Below, piece by piece: positions 4,622 to 6,219 of a stretch of DNA of 6,219 bases. Source of the DNA: Nanopusillaceae archaeon (GTDB lineage Archaea > Nanobdellota > Nanobdellia > Nanobdellales > Nanobdellaceae); the NCBI GenBank assembly GCA_049973735.1, contig JBMFJL010000033.1:1-6219 (forward strand). Direction: 5' to 3'. The first letter of the stretch is position 1; every line of letters starts with the position of its first letter. The notes under the pieces are model-generated. The model saw only the letters and a list, made by a program, of their open reading frames with translations, did not search any database and was not told the DNA's origin. The translations under genes were made by a program, and so were the position numbers.

Positions 4622-6142
4622 TTTTTTATAGTATATTAATTCCTTATATTTATTGAAATATTCTGCAAAATAATCTTCAAATCGATAGTTAATATTGTAC
4701 TTTTTCGAAATATAATAATACATGTCTATGATCCTCTTAGGATATGAAACATCTGGTAAAGAATTAGATAATTCAATATACTCGAATAAATTTAATATAA
4801 AGTTTTCCCTTCTAATATCATGTTCAATTGTTATCTCTTTATTTTCTACATTATTTATTTCTAAGGTAGATTCAAGTTTACCAAAGTTTAGTGAAGCATA
4901 ATCTTTCGGATTCATGGGATTCATCAAATGATCAGAAAAATATTTATCATATATTATGTTTGGTAAAATCAAACCGAGAGAAATATAAGGATTTATTGTG
5001 GCAGAATACTCAGTTCCTAATGGAATATAAAATGCTATATCTTGAAGATTTAGCGTATTAGCAATATATCTTATATTCTTTCCAAATATTGATAACTCTT
5101 GATAAGCAATTTTTTCAATTAAAAATTTTGCAATATTATAATTAATCTCAGAATCGACATCTTTGAAATCAAATTTGGATTTGCCAAACTCTTTTATTTC
5201 TATTTTTTCTAGGTATAATCCCTCTAAAACTAATCCTAGGATATATCCAATATAAACTGCATCTATACCATATTTATTTACATCATGTAATAGATCTGCT
5301 ATTAATTTTTCATCAAAGATTCCTATGAAAGGTCCTAGCATATTAAAGGGTTCATATGGATAATTACCCTTTAGATTATCTATTAATGGATAAATATAAT
5401 TTTCAAAGAATTTTTTATTTTCTTGTTCTTCAATATATATATTTTTAAAATTTAGAATAGGGAGCTTGTCTAGTGCGAGTTTATATACATCTTTCAAAGA
5501 TTCATGAAAAGGAATTTTATTGTTATCTTCAACAAATATACCTTTGAATTCAATTTTATTATCTCCTCCTATAGATAAACCAGTGATGTTATGATAATTA
5601 TATAGCACCGATCCAATCCCGCCTTTTGTAGCTTTGATCTTATTGTTTTCAAATATTATTAAATTACCATATATGGTATATTTTGATCCCAAACCTGTTA
5701 ATAATATTATAAAATCTTTATTTCCGTAAATATCTTTTAATGTATTATATAAATTCTTTTCTTTATTAAAAATATCTTCTTCTATATTATCTTCTAAAAA
5801 AACTACATTGTCATTTTCTATAATCAAAAAATATTTTTTGTCAGACCTACCTTTAATAATTATCAAATCATTACCAGTCTCTTTTATATATCTTCCAAAT
5901 GATGTTAAATTGATATCCAAAGAGCCTGTAATTGGAGATCTGTAAATTATTAAGGAATTAATTTCAGATTTATTTTTCATATGTCCTACTGAAAAAATTG
6001 TTATATTATTTTCATATGGATTCTTTTCATATGTTTTATATACTTTTTTGTGTATTTCTACAGCATATTCTATTGTTTTTTTATCTATTAATTCATTTTT
6101 TATTAATTTTTTATCTAAGTCTATGTACAAAGTTCTTATCAT
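4607..6142 (-). CDS. Highly divergent aldehyde:ferredoxin oxidoreductase (AOR)-family-like protein lacking all cysteines (probable non-redox homologue)
   Basis: 511-codon ORF, ATG at 6140-6142, stop TAG at 4607-4609. By-eye alignment to approximately remembered Pyrococcus-type AOR blocks: LYIDLDKK ~ IRVNLSTG; YRSPITGS ~ TKSPLTGF; FGRYIKETGNDLIIIKGRSDKKYFLII ~ FGAELKFAGYDAIVVEGKAEKPVYIYI; ATKGGIGSVLYNYHNITGLSIGG ~ AAGRGGVGAVMGSKNLKAIAVEG; YEPFNMLGPFIGIFDEKLIADLLHDVNKYGIDAVYIG ~ PEYESVWALGANLGINDLASIIEANHMCDELGLDTISTG; LIEKIAYQE ~ YIEKIAKRE. The ORF has zero Cys codons. Confidence that it is coding is high. The family assignment is moderate. Confidence 0.7.
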   Translation of the reverse strand: MIRTLYIDLDKKLIKNELIDKKTIEYAVEIHKKVYKTYEKNPYENNITIFSVGHMKNKSEINSLIIYRSPITGSLDINLTSFGRYIKETGNDLIIIKGRSDKKYFLIIENDNVVFLEDNIEEDIFNKEKNLYNTLKDIYGNKDFIILLTGLGSKYTIYGNLIIFENNKIKATKGGIGSVLYNYHNITGLSIGGDNKIEFKGIFVEDNNKIPFHESLKDVYKLALDKLPILNFKNIYIEEQENKKFFENYIYPLIDNLKGNYPYEPFNMLGPFIGIFDEKLIADLLHDVNKYGIDAVYIGYILGLVLEGLYLEKIEIKEFGKSKFDFKDVDSEINYNIAKFLIEKIAYQELSIFGKNIRYIANTLNLQDIAFYIPLGTEYSATINPYISLGLILPNIIYDKYFSDHLMNPMNPKDYASLNFGKLESTLEINNVENKEITIEHDIRRENFILNLFEYIELSNSLPDVSYPKRIIDMYYYISKKYNINYRFEDYFAEYFNKYKELIYYKKAPVV

Positions 6143-6180
6143 AAAAATATAATTAATTTTTGAAATATAATACTATTTAT

Positions 6181-6219
6181 GGACCCGTGCCCGAGTGGCC
6201 AAAGGGGGTCGGTTCAGGT
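6181..6219 (+). tRNA. tRNA-Leu (anticodon CAG), 5' half only, truncated by the window end
   Basis: GGACCCG-TG-CCCG-AGTGGCCAA-AGGG-G-GTCGG-TTCAGGT: acceptor 5' strand, then a class II-type D arm (GCCCGAG...CAAAGGG, typical of Leu tRNAs), the 5' strand of the anticodon stem, and loop UU-CAG-GU. The window ends at loop position 38, so the 3' half and long variable arm cannot be verified. Confidence 0.7.

Noticed and set aside
4374-4631. 85-aa plus-strand ORF from the six-frame track
   Set aside because: It runs antisense to the 5' end of the 326-aa CDS and to the whole tRNA-Arg gene. Its C-terminal residues are just the translated tRNA complement.
5590-5625. A locally GC-richer patch inside the AOR-like CDS, considered as a possible embedded RNA
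   Set aside because: It encodes the conserved Gly-rich block (ATKGGIGSV) in frame. Gly, Ala and Pro codons explain the GC rise. No box motifs or stem-loop structure are evident.
3531-6219. An integrated mobile element or genomic island using tRNA-Arg or tRNA-Leu as an attachment site, which could explain the orphan and AOR-like genes
   Set aside because: No direct repeat of either tRNA 3' segment exists elsewhere in the window, and such GC-rich repeats would be conspicuous. There is no integrase or transposase ORF, and composition does not shift relative to the housekeeping genes.
1-6219. CRISPR arrays, tandem repeats or other higher-order repeats
   Set aside because: Only short AT-rich words recur (for example TTTAAA, AAATATAA), as expected from the base composition. 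I saw no regularly spaced repeats of 20 nt or longer on either strand.

Overview
About three-quarters A+T, very gene-dense archaeal chromosomal segment. Archaeal origin is supported by Alba, ribosomal protein eS17, a C/D box sRNA, an initiator tRNA with an A1:U72 pair, and TATA-like boxes about 26 nt upstream of start codons. Left to right: the 3' end of an Asn/Tyr-rich putative surface glycoprotein (+); a polytopic membrane protein (-); initiator tRNA-Met (-); an eS17-Alba gene pair with an ATGA overlap (-); family I inorganic pyrophosphatase (+); a canonical C/D box sRNA (+) abutting a NOL1/NOP2/Sun-type RNA m5C methyltransferase (+); a 326-aa orphan helical protein (-); tRNA-Arg(UCG) (-); a 511-aa very divergent aldehyde:ferredoxin oxidoreductase (AOR)-like protein with no cysteines (-); and the 5' half of tRNA-Leu(CAG) (+) cut by the window edge. 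The structural RNAs are sharp GC-rich islands (about 70% GC in the one tRNA counted), which suggests by inference a thermophile with a small compact genome, possibly nanoarchaeote/DPANN-like. I found no CRISPR array, mobile element or recognisable defence or secretion system. The items most worth follow-up are the cofactor-ligand-free AOR-like protein, the C/D sRNA forming the whole 5' leader of an RNA methyltransferase gene, the orphan 326-aa protein, and a CDS that ends inside a tRNA gene. All homology calls were made by eye from remembered family motifs and need database confirmation.
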